Assembly: GCA_000708835.1 (NCBI GenBank)
Contig: DF236974.1
Span: forward strand, 112,626 to 176,625
Direction of reading: 5' to 3'
Source of the DNA: Klebsormidium nitens
Lineage: Eukaryota > Plantae > Klebsormidiophyceae
Length of the DNA: 64,000 nt
The notes beneath the pieces were generated by a model. That model saw only the letters and a list, made by a program, of their open reading frames with translations. It ran no database searches and was not told where the DNA came from. Position 1 is the stretch's first letter, and each line of letters begins with the position of its first letter. Positions 24,969-36,182 of this stretch are shown here, piece by piece. Made by a program: the position numbers and the translations under genes.

Positions 24969-27900
24969 ATGGATTTGCAAGTGAACGGGACTCTCCTGCC
25001 TTACAAGCTCTACTATCTGGCGCTGTTCAGTGGCCTGGCTTGCATGAGCCCCTTCCTGCCAGGTGCGTCTGTGCTCAAAGATCTGCTATTATTTTTGTCT
25101 GCTTATCAGAGCTGGAAGGCGATCGCAGAAGCTGCTCTGATTCTGAAGCTGCTTAAAGTGCGCATGGCTGAAAGCTGAAAGGTATTTCGAGAGAAGTGGT
25201 GGTGGGTCCAAGGTTCCCACATTTTCTTATCAAAAGCAGTCTAGGCAAGTACAGTTCTGTGATCCTGTGGCCCTCCGCAACTCAAGTTGGCTGAAGTGTG
25301 GTGATACTGATAGTCCCTGCGGACAAGGAGATTGGAGTGAACGGCTTGGCTGCCAATGGGCAATACACAACACCACCAACCCCACACACCACCACCGCGC
25401 TCAAACCACCACCCTGTTACTTACTTAAGGTGTATGAAGAGTTGTTTGCTTGCTGCGGAGTACATCTCAGCTTGACCGAATTCCTCTTAAGTCAGCCGGA
25501 GAGTCGATGTTCGCTCATGAGAGGGGTCAGCAAATCCTGCAGATCTTATTCAATATTCGTGACCTAGGGCTCCCTGTGCAGCTCCCAGGAATTACTTGAG
25601 CCAACAGTCAAACAAGAGATATAGCTCGATCCGCAACCTACTCAGGGATTTTCAATACCACCCCGCACTAGACATAGGCGTCTTAGCATTGGTAGGAAAA
25701 ATATTTGCCTCATGCACGTAAGGTGGTCATTTTAAGTGACTCACTTCTTGCAGTGTTCTTCCGGCTGCGGGGTCTGACAGAGTCTCAGATCGGATTCCTG
25801 GGCTTCCTCCAGCCAGTCATGGGCATCCCGACAGTCCCCCTCTGGAGCGCTCTGGCCGACCAACTGGGCCTTCAAAAGGTGCGCATGTCGCCAGGAAAGG
25901 TTCCATTGAGTTTCTTTGCTTCTATAGCACTTATATTTGGCCTTCTTTTTAAAAGCTTGTGTACTACTTTGGCTGCCCCGCTTCAGTGGGCTGCCTCTTG
26001 CTTTGTCCACAAAGCATCTCTTGGTGCTCGATTGCCATTTGCAAATGTTGCTTGCTTTCGGAAGCTCTGGGCCTTCCCAAACAGAGCACCGCTCTCCTTT
26101 CTCTCACCCCCCGTCACGAACGTTCCTTCGTGCTTTGCCCCTGATCAACAATAGAATTACTCAAGCACCTGGTTTTATCCAAGGTTTTAATCCTTGTCCG
26201 GCACCTGGTTTCAGTGAAGTCCCACCCATACCTGGTGACTCTAGACCCGTCTTTTTCCCCCTCTTTTCTCAGGCCATCCTACTTGGGACCACCCTAGGCT
26301 CCGCCCTTCTCCGTTTCCTCTACATCTACCCCCCGTCCTTTGCAATAATGATCCCTCTCGTGGCGATAGCGAACGCTCTGGGGGGTGCGCCGAACGTCCT
26401 AGCCGATGCATTTACGATGGAGGCTTTGGAAGACAAGACGGAGTACGGCAAGCAGCGGCTGTGGGGGGCAGTTGGCTGGGGCCTGGCGGCTCCCCTTTGC
26501 GGTGCCGTTGTGACGGCCACTAGGATCGAACTTGCGTTTTGCCTCCATCTTGTTTGTGAGTCGCCACCCCCAAACGCGCTCTTGAGCTTGTTATCAGGAA
26601 ATTTTTTCTCCGGTGGGTTGGAAAGGGGATGATGAAAGCTTAGTGGGGTTTTGCGGGTTCATCATTCTCTTTCTCTCCGGTTTTGCAATCCAGTCTCACG
26701 AATGTCTTGTTGCGGTGATCTTCCGATCCGTGTATCGAGTAAGGAATTCACCTTGTCACTTGCTTAGTCTCGGCCTGACGAAAGTAATCCCTCAAATCCT
26801 TCCATGGGTGTAGGGAAGAAAAATTCTGTTCAAAGAAAATCCTGCTGAAGACGCCCTTGATCTGGCATACTTCCAGTGAAAAGAGTGCGTTTGTTGTCCT
26901 TTCATTTGCGGCTTGCTTATATCTACATGGGGTTCGTCGTTAATTTTGTTGCTGTTTCCCCAAGACGCAAGGTCGATTCGGGTTACCACCGAATAACCAT
27001 AAGAGTGAATTGCAGGTTAAAAGTTGATTGCAGGTCTCGATCTTCTGGCGCATCCCAAAGCGGGTGAATCGAAACCTGCACTTAAAATTCCTGCTACCGC
27101 CGTACTGAGCCCTATTCTTGTCCATGTGCAGTCATGACACTCGCCGCGGTTGTCGCAACCCAGTTCCGCTTCAAAGGCACGCACACCGACTCCAAAACGT
27201 ACAGCCAATTAGGCGAAGAAATCTTGCTCGAAAACGGCGAAACTGACTTAGAACGACACGTCGAGATACTGACACCAGACAGCCCAGGCATCGGAACAAT
27301 TGGCTCCCCCAGTACGCCCCGAAAGCGGTTCCGTCCGGGAAGCCAGAGTCCGTCCGCCGGAAGCATCTTCCGTTCCGAGCCGCCACTCCTGCGGACCATC
27401 TCCGGACAGAACCCGGCCCTCGTCAGCTTCGAAGCAACTAGGGATGGGCTCGAGTCCGACGACTCGGAAGCGCTCCTTGCGACCAAACAACCAGAGCCGT
27501 TCGATCGGCCACCCGCCAACGACAGCACCGCCCCAATCCCCAAACCCTTTCACAGCGACCCCTTCTCGCCCCCATCGAAAGACTCCGACGTTCCCCCTCC
27601 CGAACCGCAAACAATTTTGGACCCCCCCTTGACATCGAAACTCGGGGCGCTCTTCCGGAAACCTAGCGTCTGCTCTTTCTTTCTAGTTGTTTCGCTCATG
27701 GGAGTGGGCATGGGCACGATTGAGGGTTTCCTGCCACTGCGGCTGCACGAGTTAGGGGGATCCCCCACATTGATTGGGCTGACGTTGACGATGACGTGTG
27801 TCGCCGAGGTGCCCATGATGTGGTTCTCGGGGCGGTTGATCAAGCGGCTTGGAGTGCTCGGGGTGCTGTACCTGGTGCTGGGGTGCTACGTGGCGAGGTG

Positions 27901-30332
27901 AGATTGGCCAGCGGGACCGCTGGAGGTTGTCCACGTTTTCAGAGGATCTCGTGTCCGCAGACTTCTCAGTCGTCTGGAAATGAGGCCAGAGTTCAGGGTG
28001 GTGAGCATTTTGAGAAAGGCGACATGAATCTTGCTTTTTCGGTGCGTCGAGCATTCTGAAAAGGGCAACACGAAACGTCCTTCGTTGTGCCAAGTACTGA
28101 TTTAAATGACGACAGTAAAGCGCGAATGTTTCCTGCGTTTCCTACTACCAACGTACTGGCCTGCGATGGTCCCATAGACTCTCAGCACAACGACGAAGGT
28201 GCACAGCATACACTTTTTCCAGCACAGACATAGTTTTCAAGGCCCAAAAGTCACACGGTCTCTCTATTTCGATGCCTCAAAGCAGTCAAAAGCTTGTTCT
28301 TTTCGTCCCCAGGCTGGCGTACTACTCTGTGCTGGTGGAACCGTGGGGATGCTCCTAATCGAGCTGCTCCACGGCGTCACGTTCGGCGACAAAACTCACG
28401 CCTCTCTCTTTTGACGCCTCAGAGCAATCGGATGAATAAAAATTTGCGCCCACTTTTCTCTCAGACTGGCGTACTATTCGGTGCTGGTGGAGCCGTGGGC
28501 GGTGCTCCCGATCGACCTGCTGCACGGAGTCACGTTCGGGGACAAACTCACGCCTCTCTCTTTTAACGCCTCAGAGCAATCCGATCAAACCATTTCGCGC
28601 CCATTTTATCGTCTCAGGCTGGCGTACTATTCGGTGCTGGTGGAGCCGTGGGCGGTGCTCCCCATTGAGCTGCTCCACGGCGTCACGTTCGGCTGCGGCT
28701 GGACCGCGGGGACCGTGCACGCCGGCAGGATCGCGCCCCCGGGGATGGCGGCCACCATGCAGGTTAGCCGGTGTCACATTTCGTCGATCCTATGTCAAAC
28801 GGTTGGCGGTTAATGGTTATCTACTTGAAATATTGTCACCCTCAAAAACCTGAGATCCTTAGATTCTTTACTGAAAGTCGAGATGAGAGCAACTTTTTTT
28901 CTGCCACGGTGCGGAAGCGTGCAAAACCCGGCGAAATTGTCTGGTTGAATTGTCTGGTTGGCGGCCGCCATGTGTCGGCTCTGACTACCCTTGCTGGACC
29001 CTTCTTTGACGAGTAGTGGTTTGTCTGATAACCTGCCACCCAGATGAGCGCCAGATTTGGGTAGTCCGAAATTCATCTCTCCCTGGAAAGCCGAGGAGTT
29101 GGGATGAAGGAAGCTTGAGGAGTTTAGTCAGCAGCTTTTGCCAATGTACGACTTCAAATTATGGAATCGGCGGTTGATAGGCTTTCCGTTGTTTTCCCGC
29201 GCTCAGCTGTACGGCGTTCCCGCTTGAGCGAGCGCGCTGAGGCGCATATTGCGGCGCGCAAAGCTTCTCGCCGCTGGTTTGGTCATTTTCACTCTTGTTC
29301 TCATCTCCAACAGCAGTCGGCTCCGTGCCTCCTGATTTGAAAGGGGAGAAGCTCTCTCGCAGCCGCGCCTCTTAATCGGACAGGCTGTTGCGCTGAACGT
29401 CGCTCCTGATCACGTCATCGTGACGTCATCCTTCTCTGCTCGCACAGGCTCTTTTCGCTGGCGCGTACTCCGGCATCGGCGATGGGCTCGGCATGCTGCT
29501 GGGAGGGTTTGTGTACGAGCACTACGGGTCCGGTGAGTTCGCCCCCGCCCCGCAACACCTGATTCTTATGTTGACCTCCCATTTCCGTTCCGTTTCCGTT
29601 TACCCTTTTCACGTGTTTCTCCAAACCCATCTTAAAACCCCTGTATCCTGTCCTTTTCCGAATCTTCTTACGATTGTCGATTCTTCTGCCCTTGTCCTTT
29701 CCCAAATTCTCTTACGACTGTCGTTTCCCCTTTCCTTTTGGTTGTCTAGGTGGACTAAAGGTCGAGCGAAAAGGATTTGCAATGCTCAACTTTCTCATTT
29801 TCTTGCCATGGCGCCCTCGGAAAGGGCTTCTCGTTGTAGCACTGAGTCTTGGCAAACGCGTTGCTCTACATCACCTCACCGTGTCGCCGTCCGGCGTCGT
29901 TGATTCCTATTCGACGTGTTCTCACTTCGTCTCGTCGGGTTTTCCGCACCACCGTTGCTTGAAACTCGGTCTGACGCTTGAAGTCTGACACAACTTACGG
30001 CGGTGGTTCTTTTCGTCGCCGAAGAACGAGATTTGAATGCAATCTTGCGTCAGCGCTGAATCTGTTTGAGGCATGCGGAGCCTGTGCCGAGGCCGTCGCC
30101 TTTTTGTCTTTCCCTATCCTTGAAACACTGCAGCGTAGACAACCTGATGCTTCTCCCCCTTTTTGCAGTGACTCTGTTTCGGGGGTGCGGATTGCTGGTC
30201 GCGGGGGGCGCGCTGCTCTTTGGGCTGTCCCAGCGGTGGTTCCCCCTGGAAGACGGCGCCAGCGGAACGGATCGGGAGGGGGAACAAGAGCAAGAACTCG
30301 TTCCGCTGGAAAAGCCCGAGAGCGAGGCCTGA
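24969..30332 (+). CDS. Major facilitator superfamily transporter, MFSD6/MFS_1_like type, ~553 aa, 7 exons
   Basis: Exons 24969-25062, 25754-25878, 26273-26555, 27132-27897, 28618-28762, 29448-29532, 30169-30332 with matching phases. Motifs LLPYKLYYLALFSGLACMSPFLP, GLTESQIG, YGKQRLWGAVGWG, AEVPMMWFSGRLIKRLG, PWAVLPIELLHGVTFG; long P/S-rich central loop. Confidence 0.9.
28250..28690 (+). repeat. Three tandem ~152-153 bp copies of intron end + acceptor + 5' half of MFS exon 5
   Basis: cag|(g/a)ctggcgtacta...cacgttcgg begins at 28313, 28465 and 28618. Only the third copy continues into the rest of the exon. Confidence 0.92.
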
Positions 30333-31604
30333 TTCAGCTATGGAGGAGCTTCTCGAACCAAGCCTTTTCGAAGGACTGTTCCTATTGATCCGGCAAAGGT
30401 ATCCGGTAGCGACTGGGTATCTTTGACGTCGAAAGCGAAAGATGCATACGTCCGATTGGGGCAATCTGCGGCAATAGACAGAACAGCGAGCACTGATCCC
30501 GAGAGCTTTGATATGGAGCTTGAAATATCATAATGCACGCAAAGATTGTGTACAGATTTGAGAGACACTTCTGGAGCGGTACATTCTTTTTAAACTTCAA
30601 CGGAGCGATGCACCGATCAGTAGCCCTAGTGCCTTGTGCATCTGAACGGGCAGAGACAGGCATTTCCCTAGCTTGAGCTGTACGTTGAGAGCGTAGTAAC
30701 ACCTTGCTGCATGACCAGCGCACGTAAGCGAACATGACCAGCGCACGTCTGCTTCAATTGCTGCAGTAACCGAGGATTTGAGGAACATGTGTTCAGCGCG
30801 CATGTCTATGTTGATGACAGCTCTTGTTCTACACGTAAGCTGCAAGAGTCAACTTTAGCAAGACGACGATCGAATTGTATACTCTTCGGACGGAAATCTT
30901 TGGCGGTCTCCGTCCGAAAGTGTTGTAATGTAATTGGTGTTGACGTGTTGATCATGCTTCAAAGCTCCATGTGGGTGCGGCCATACATGTGCTAGGTCTG
31001 ATTCTGGATCGATTTTGTTGGAGGTGTGCGTGGAGCCAAATGCCGGGCTTTGATACGCGTTCCATAAATGATGAACAGACAGTCATTAGCTGAAATCTTG
31101 TTGGAAGCCCCCAACTTTAATTGTCACATGGTACCTCGGGTGGCGGGCCCATCGGATCGATCGGACTACGCCTGCGCAGAAATCAGAGCCTGAGCCTGCC
31201 CGATGGCCAAGCTCTCCACATGTCGCCAAAAGCTACTCACGTGCACTTCCATTGAGCGCCGTGTCGGCCGCCAAACGTCACCTCTGTATTGATCGTCAAA
31301 CCTTCACGTGTTCACTCGATTTCCAACTAGAGACGAGTCAAATATTGCCGCAGATTCAAGCCAGCAGTTCGTAAGGCCGGCTTGTCATGATTCTTCACCG
31401 TCTAAATTTGCGAATATAGTGCTACGTCCACGCTTCACAGAGGCCCAGTGAGTGGGCACTAGGGGCGTTTATGTGTCATTGCTTACTGCACATGCTGATT
31501 ATGCGCGCAGAGCTTACAGATCAGTGCAACTAAGTAACCGTGTCGCGGCCATGCGGCGGAAAGTGATCCACCTAGATGGTCTCGGGACGCTGAGCACAAA
31601 CTCG

Positions 31605-33375
31605 TGGCCAATGACAGCCAGATGAATCTCGACTTGAGCTCAGGGCAATTGCAGATTCGGACCGTCTTGCAATCTTCCAGATAGAACGTCTGCAGCAAAA
31701 GTCTCGCGGCGGGTTTGCACCGCGCTTTGAAGACCTCCGCGCTTCTTGGCGGTATTCTTCCGGGGCGCGCGCTGATCGTTGGTCCTCCGTGCACGGCATG
31801 TTCAGCTTCGAAGCCTCGCATCGAAGCCGTCAGATGGAGGCCACGTGGCGCGATCAACGGCGCGAAGTAGTCGTGTAAGAATTCTAAACACCCACAAAGG
31901 ACTCAAATACGCTCTGCCTACATAAGCCAGGATCCTGCCTCCTTTCTTTCAGTGGATCGATCTGGGGCGCCCCCCGGTCCAGAGGCAGGAACCTCTGTCC
32001 AGGGGTGTTCCACGGAACTCCCCCGGAAACCCAATAAACAACACCAAATTGAAGCCAAACACACACCAAACTCCATCCATCTCCGAGTGCCTTACAATTC
32101 CAAACAAACCCCAACATCCTTGCCACCAACTTCTTCAAACGAACATCATTTCTGCCATCACACGACAATAGTTAGGCTCCGAATATTAAATGTGAGTCTG
32201 CTTTTGAACGAAGATTGAAACTTGTTCTCAAGCATGGGCCTGGCGTGCAACAATCTTGCGTTTGTTCAAAAACGTGTCGTCTTCCGTGATGATCTCCAAC
32301 AGCGTCATGTGGACGTCGTTTCGTGAATATCTTGAAGCGTCCCATTCCAGCCCATCATAGATCATTGTTAGGAGAGGGATGCTTGTACGTTTAGGCATTG
32401 CTATGCAGATCTGTAATTATTGCACGGTATTGTTTTGTTCAGAACCTTCTTTGTACCGGAAACCCACCGGAAAGCCATGGATGCATCATCCTGACGACGT
32501 TTCAAAAACATTCAAATAAGCTTCTAAGATCCATGCATAGAGGCGCCTGATCCCTGACTCTGTCCCGTCTTGTCACGCATACAACAAATCCAATCAAAAG
32601 TGAGAGCTTTTAGTCACGATTTTTTGATAGCCCCAATTCTCTATGACTTGGATACTGGCTTTGAACAATCCCACTTGCTTGACGGTATACTCATCCAGCC
32701 AAAAGCATCAATTGCTTTCAAAGGGACTCAAAGGTAGATTGCAACCATAGAGACTCCGGTCTCGTGCGGTAGAATTGACGACGACTGCACATAAGGTAGC
32801 TTTGTGGTCTGATTATAAGATGGATTGCATGCTCGATGGAATTCTTAAGTGGGTCGGTGGTTTAATGGTGGAGTGAATGCTTACTGGAAAATATGGGATT
32901 AATGTTTGTGAGAGTGTAGGTGGCTGTGCTGGATTTATCGAGAAAGAGGTTTCCGGGGGAGCCCAATAGGGCACCCCTGGACAGAGGTCCTGCCCCTGGG
33001 GCCGGGGGGCGCCCCGGAACGATCCACTGAAAGACTAAAAGGTCGGATGCTGGCTTATATGTGCGCTGCGTGTCCCCATCCTTTATGGGCGAAAGACAAA
33101 GACTCAGAAACGACTGTGGCCGTTTGATGGTGCCACGTGGCGTCCATCTAACGGCCTCGATCAAAAGACGTCCGAGATGGACGAGCGCGCAAAACTGGAC
33201 CGACGCGCGCCACAGAAGAAGCCGTCCGAAACGGTCAAAATGGCCCCCATTTAGGATCTTGCATACAAACTTCTTTGAAGACATTCAAGGAACTCGAAGG
33301 GAGGTTCTGATACAAACAAAGATGTAAACGGGACATCTTAAACAGATTGCGGGACTGTACATGGCCATCAGTCCT
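31605..33375. mobile_element. Degenerate long-terminal-inverted-repeat (foldback/MULE-like) element with a decayed coding spacer
   Basis: 31820-32030 matches the reverse complement of 32950-33160 (e.g. tctttcagtggatcg..ggggcgcccccc, cctctgtccaggggtg, ctcccccggaaacc, gccacgtggc). Weaker similarity extends to ~31605/33375. Termini and TSD not identified. Confidence 0.65.
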
Positions 33376-33476
33376 AGTCAAAGAGAAGAACCAGGAGGTT
33401 GACGTGTCCTAGCTATCTGCTTCTTAGGTTCTGAACGCCTAGACTTTTGTCCGTATCCATAAACTCTTACAAGATG

Positions 33477-34474
33477 CACAGGGAGGATTGGTCGTCTCCT
33501 CCCGGGGGGGAGAAGAGGGGGAGAACCGGAGGAGACATGTCTCCCCACCTGTCTCCCCCACTTCTCCCCGGGGGGAGGAGAACCGTCACTCTCCACCCCC
33601 TCTACCCCAGTGGAGGAGAATTCTCCCCCCATGATTCTCCCCCACTCCAGAAATGCTTCGCTTCTTCAAAAGTGCTTGGAGATTGTAAATACACGGACCG
33701 GGGTATGCTTGTTGAGTCCAACATGAACGGTTCTGAGTGCTCAAACCGAAAAAAAAATGGTTTCCTGCAAAAATCTACCGCTTGTCACCTGCCGGGCTCG
33801 AACCGGTGTCCTTCTGCTATTAGGTCTGCCTCCTTAACCACCTGTGCTATCTCATATGTGTGCACTCCAGAGGGGCAGCTTAAAACATATATACAGTATC
33901 ACAGAAACCATTTTCGAGATTTCCTGGTTTGCAGAGCGCTTTACGCCTCCGTAAGTCCGTTGTTCATCTTCAGAGGTTCTTCGGAAACTATATTGAAGCA
34001 CCTTTGGTATTTTCCACCTGTTTTGATCCGTTTGACATCAAGGAAACAGCCTTGCTGAGAATTCGCCGATGAAGAATTAGACAAGTGTAACATGAATGAG
34101 CGATGCAACTTTAAGGCAGATTTGTTGCTTCTAAGTAGATGGTCAGAGGACAGTACTAGATCCTTATACATCCTTTGATCATTTGTTATTCTTTAGATTC
34201 TTGTTAGATTAGCGATCGAAAGTTGCCTTCGTTTGGAGGACAGGGGGAGATCAGGGGGAGAATACTCTCCCCCTCTCGGAAAAGTGAGGGGGGAATTCTC
34301 CCCCCGTCCTCGACTGGGGGAGACATTCTCCCCCACAGTCGTCAGGTGGACGAGACCGTTCTCCGCCCCTCATGTGGGGGAGACTTCTCCCCCACCGGAG
34401 GAGAATGTAGTCTCCCCCCCCGGGGGGGAGAGAGGGGGGGGAGGAAGGGGGGGAGAAAACCAATTCTCTATGTG
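33477..34474. mobile_element. 998-bp non-autonomous DNA transposon, CACTA/CMC-like
   Basis: Termini CACAGGGAGGATTGGTCGTCTCC and (reverse complement) CACATAGAGAATTGGTTTTCTCC. 3-bp direct repeat ATG at 33474-76 and 34475-77. About seven subterminal palindromes GG(G/A)GAGA-n-TCTCCCC in 33520-33640 and 34250-34420. No transposase ORF. Confidence 0.75.
33784..33856 (-). pseudogene. tRNA-derived relic (A box, B box and T-arm kept; acceptor and anticodon stems broken)
   Basis: Minus strand TAGCACAGGTGGTTAAGG...CCGGTTCGAGCCCGG followed by T5 (33773-69) and T9 (33757-49). Not a functional tRNA by my folding. Confidence 0.5.
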
Positions 34475-34639
34475 ATGCACTGTCTTCGCTCTTTCCCTTC
34501 AAGCCTGACTGATAGACCGCCTATTAAACAGCTTCTCACTCGTCTCGAGAACTCTCACCGTGGCCTGAAAAGCCCTACCCTGTCCGCCCATGCGAACGAC
34601 GAGAGAAGCAAGTTCTTCGCTATCAAAACCAAGTATTGA

Positions 34640-35535
34640 CCTATATCCACTCACGTACGGTCTTCGACGCCCAAGCATTTTCCCGACACTCCGTTCCACT
34701 GCTCCCCCTCCTCGTCGAACGTGATCCGGAGGTTCTGGGCGATCACGATCGGGGGCAGCACGGGTCTGAAATGCTCGCCAGGTTCTCCCCGAGCCTCTCC
34801 CCCGAAATCTCTGCCTTCAGCTCAATCAGCGCGCGCGCGTAGGCCAAGTGGGCAGCTGTGTACGCGCCGCTCGTCGTCGTCTCGGCGTGGCGGATGAGCG
34901 CGTCGAGGTGCGGGTACGCGCGCCGCGCGCTGCGGCCGGAGGTGCACACCGCGCACAAGTACCGTCCCCCGGGCGGCTTCGCGTGCCCGGTTCTTGACTG
35001 AAATTCCTGCTCCAGCCTGAGCTTCTCCTCCAGTTGCATGCTGACGTCATTTGCCCCCTGAAAACCTTCCGGCTGGGACGAAGCGTCGCGTAACATTGGC
35101 CTGCGCTCTAGCCCTTCTGTGCGGGGACTTCCGATGACGTCATCTTCCACGCTGCCAGCGTCGACTTCCGTTCCCCCACTGGCTTCGCTCATGCGCTCGT
35201 CTCCCGAGTCTTGGTGGCCGCCGTCCACGAATTCGAAAGCTTCTCCACAAACTAGTTCCCTTTTGGGCGGCATCTGATCCACTCCGGTGCTGCGTTCCAC
35301 GTCTTTCAAAGAGGCGGTTCAAATCGCCCGGAAAAAGCAGCCGCAGAAGCGATTTAAATTCTTTTCCGAAGTCTCAAGAGACGCTTCTTTCCCTTACCCC
35401 TCAGGCGCAACCAGAGTCTCAGCTCCTGCTGCAATTGGCGTCACCTGCTTGGATGATTTGCGCAAGACGGGAGCTTCAATCCAGTCAATCTTGAAGACGA
35501 CGGATGCATCTGAAGATTCACATCTTCAAGTCTTT
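34640..35535 (-). pseudogene. Truncated inverted duplicate of the 5' part of the SGS3-like gene (N-terminus, zf-XS, first ~30 aa of XS)
   Basis: ORF 35309-34743 contains ASSQPEGFQGANDVSMQ and RTGHAKPPGGRYLCAVCTSGRSARRAYPHLDALIRHAETTTSG, versus the near-identical text in ORF 36183. After a frameshift it reads PPIVIAQNLRITFDEEGEQWNGVSGK and then breaks off. Carries internal deletions. Nucleotide similarity traceable to ~35535, pairing with ~36040. Confidence 0.9.
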
Positions 35536-35770
35536 AAATGTGAGTGGACGTTGTAGCTTTTTCCGGCGAGACGAGCAGAGTGCTTTCTCGGTTGACGTCA
35601 TCTGTTGGCCGACTGCGATGTTGCTGACGATTCCTGGTTGCATGCAGCGATTCTTGTCGTTGTACGTGTCCATCGGGACATGTATCGTACCTGGACTGCG
35701 CGCACACCAGATATTCATGCTGCTTAAGTTCTACCGGGGCGAAGGTTCACTGCATAACTCAGGATGTCGC

Positions 35771-35780
35771 TATATATAAA
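35771..35780. promoter_or_regulatory. Candidate TATA box in the ~500-bp spacer between the SGS3-like gene and its inverted copy
   Basis: TATATATAAA, roughly central in the unique spacer; the TATATATA core is symmetric. No transcript evidence. Confidence 0.4.
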
Positions 35781-36182
35781 CCTTCCGTACTTAAGTCATG
35801 CATCGTAAGGCAATCTAAATTTCGCTGGCAGATTGAGGTCTTCGCCCGGCTTAAGCGGACTGACGAAGCTGCCACGTCCTGCATGCTGCATTATCGAGAT
35901 CAGGTTAACCGGTGCAAAGTTGTCAGCGTTACATTACGGGAGCCTACTCCGTGGACAGGAAAGGAAACGCTCGTCATCCAGCGCACGAGACTTGAAGGCC
36001 TTCCTTTCATCCGGTGTTAAGAACTGAAAGCAACTTCAAAGACATGAAGCTGGGACCTGAAGTTGCATTCGCCTCTTTCAGACTCTGTCGAAGCTCCCGT
36101 CTTCCATTGGCTCTTACAATCTTCAGTTCAGGGGGTATAACAGAAGTCGTTATCAAAGCAGAAGCGTAGGGAAAGCAGAGGA

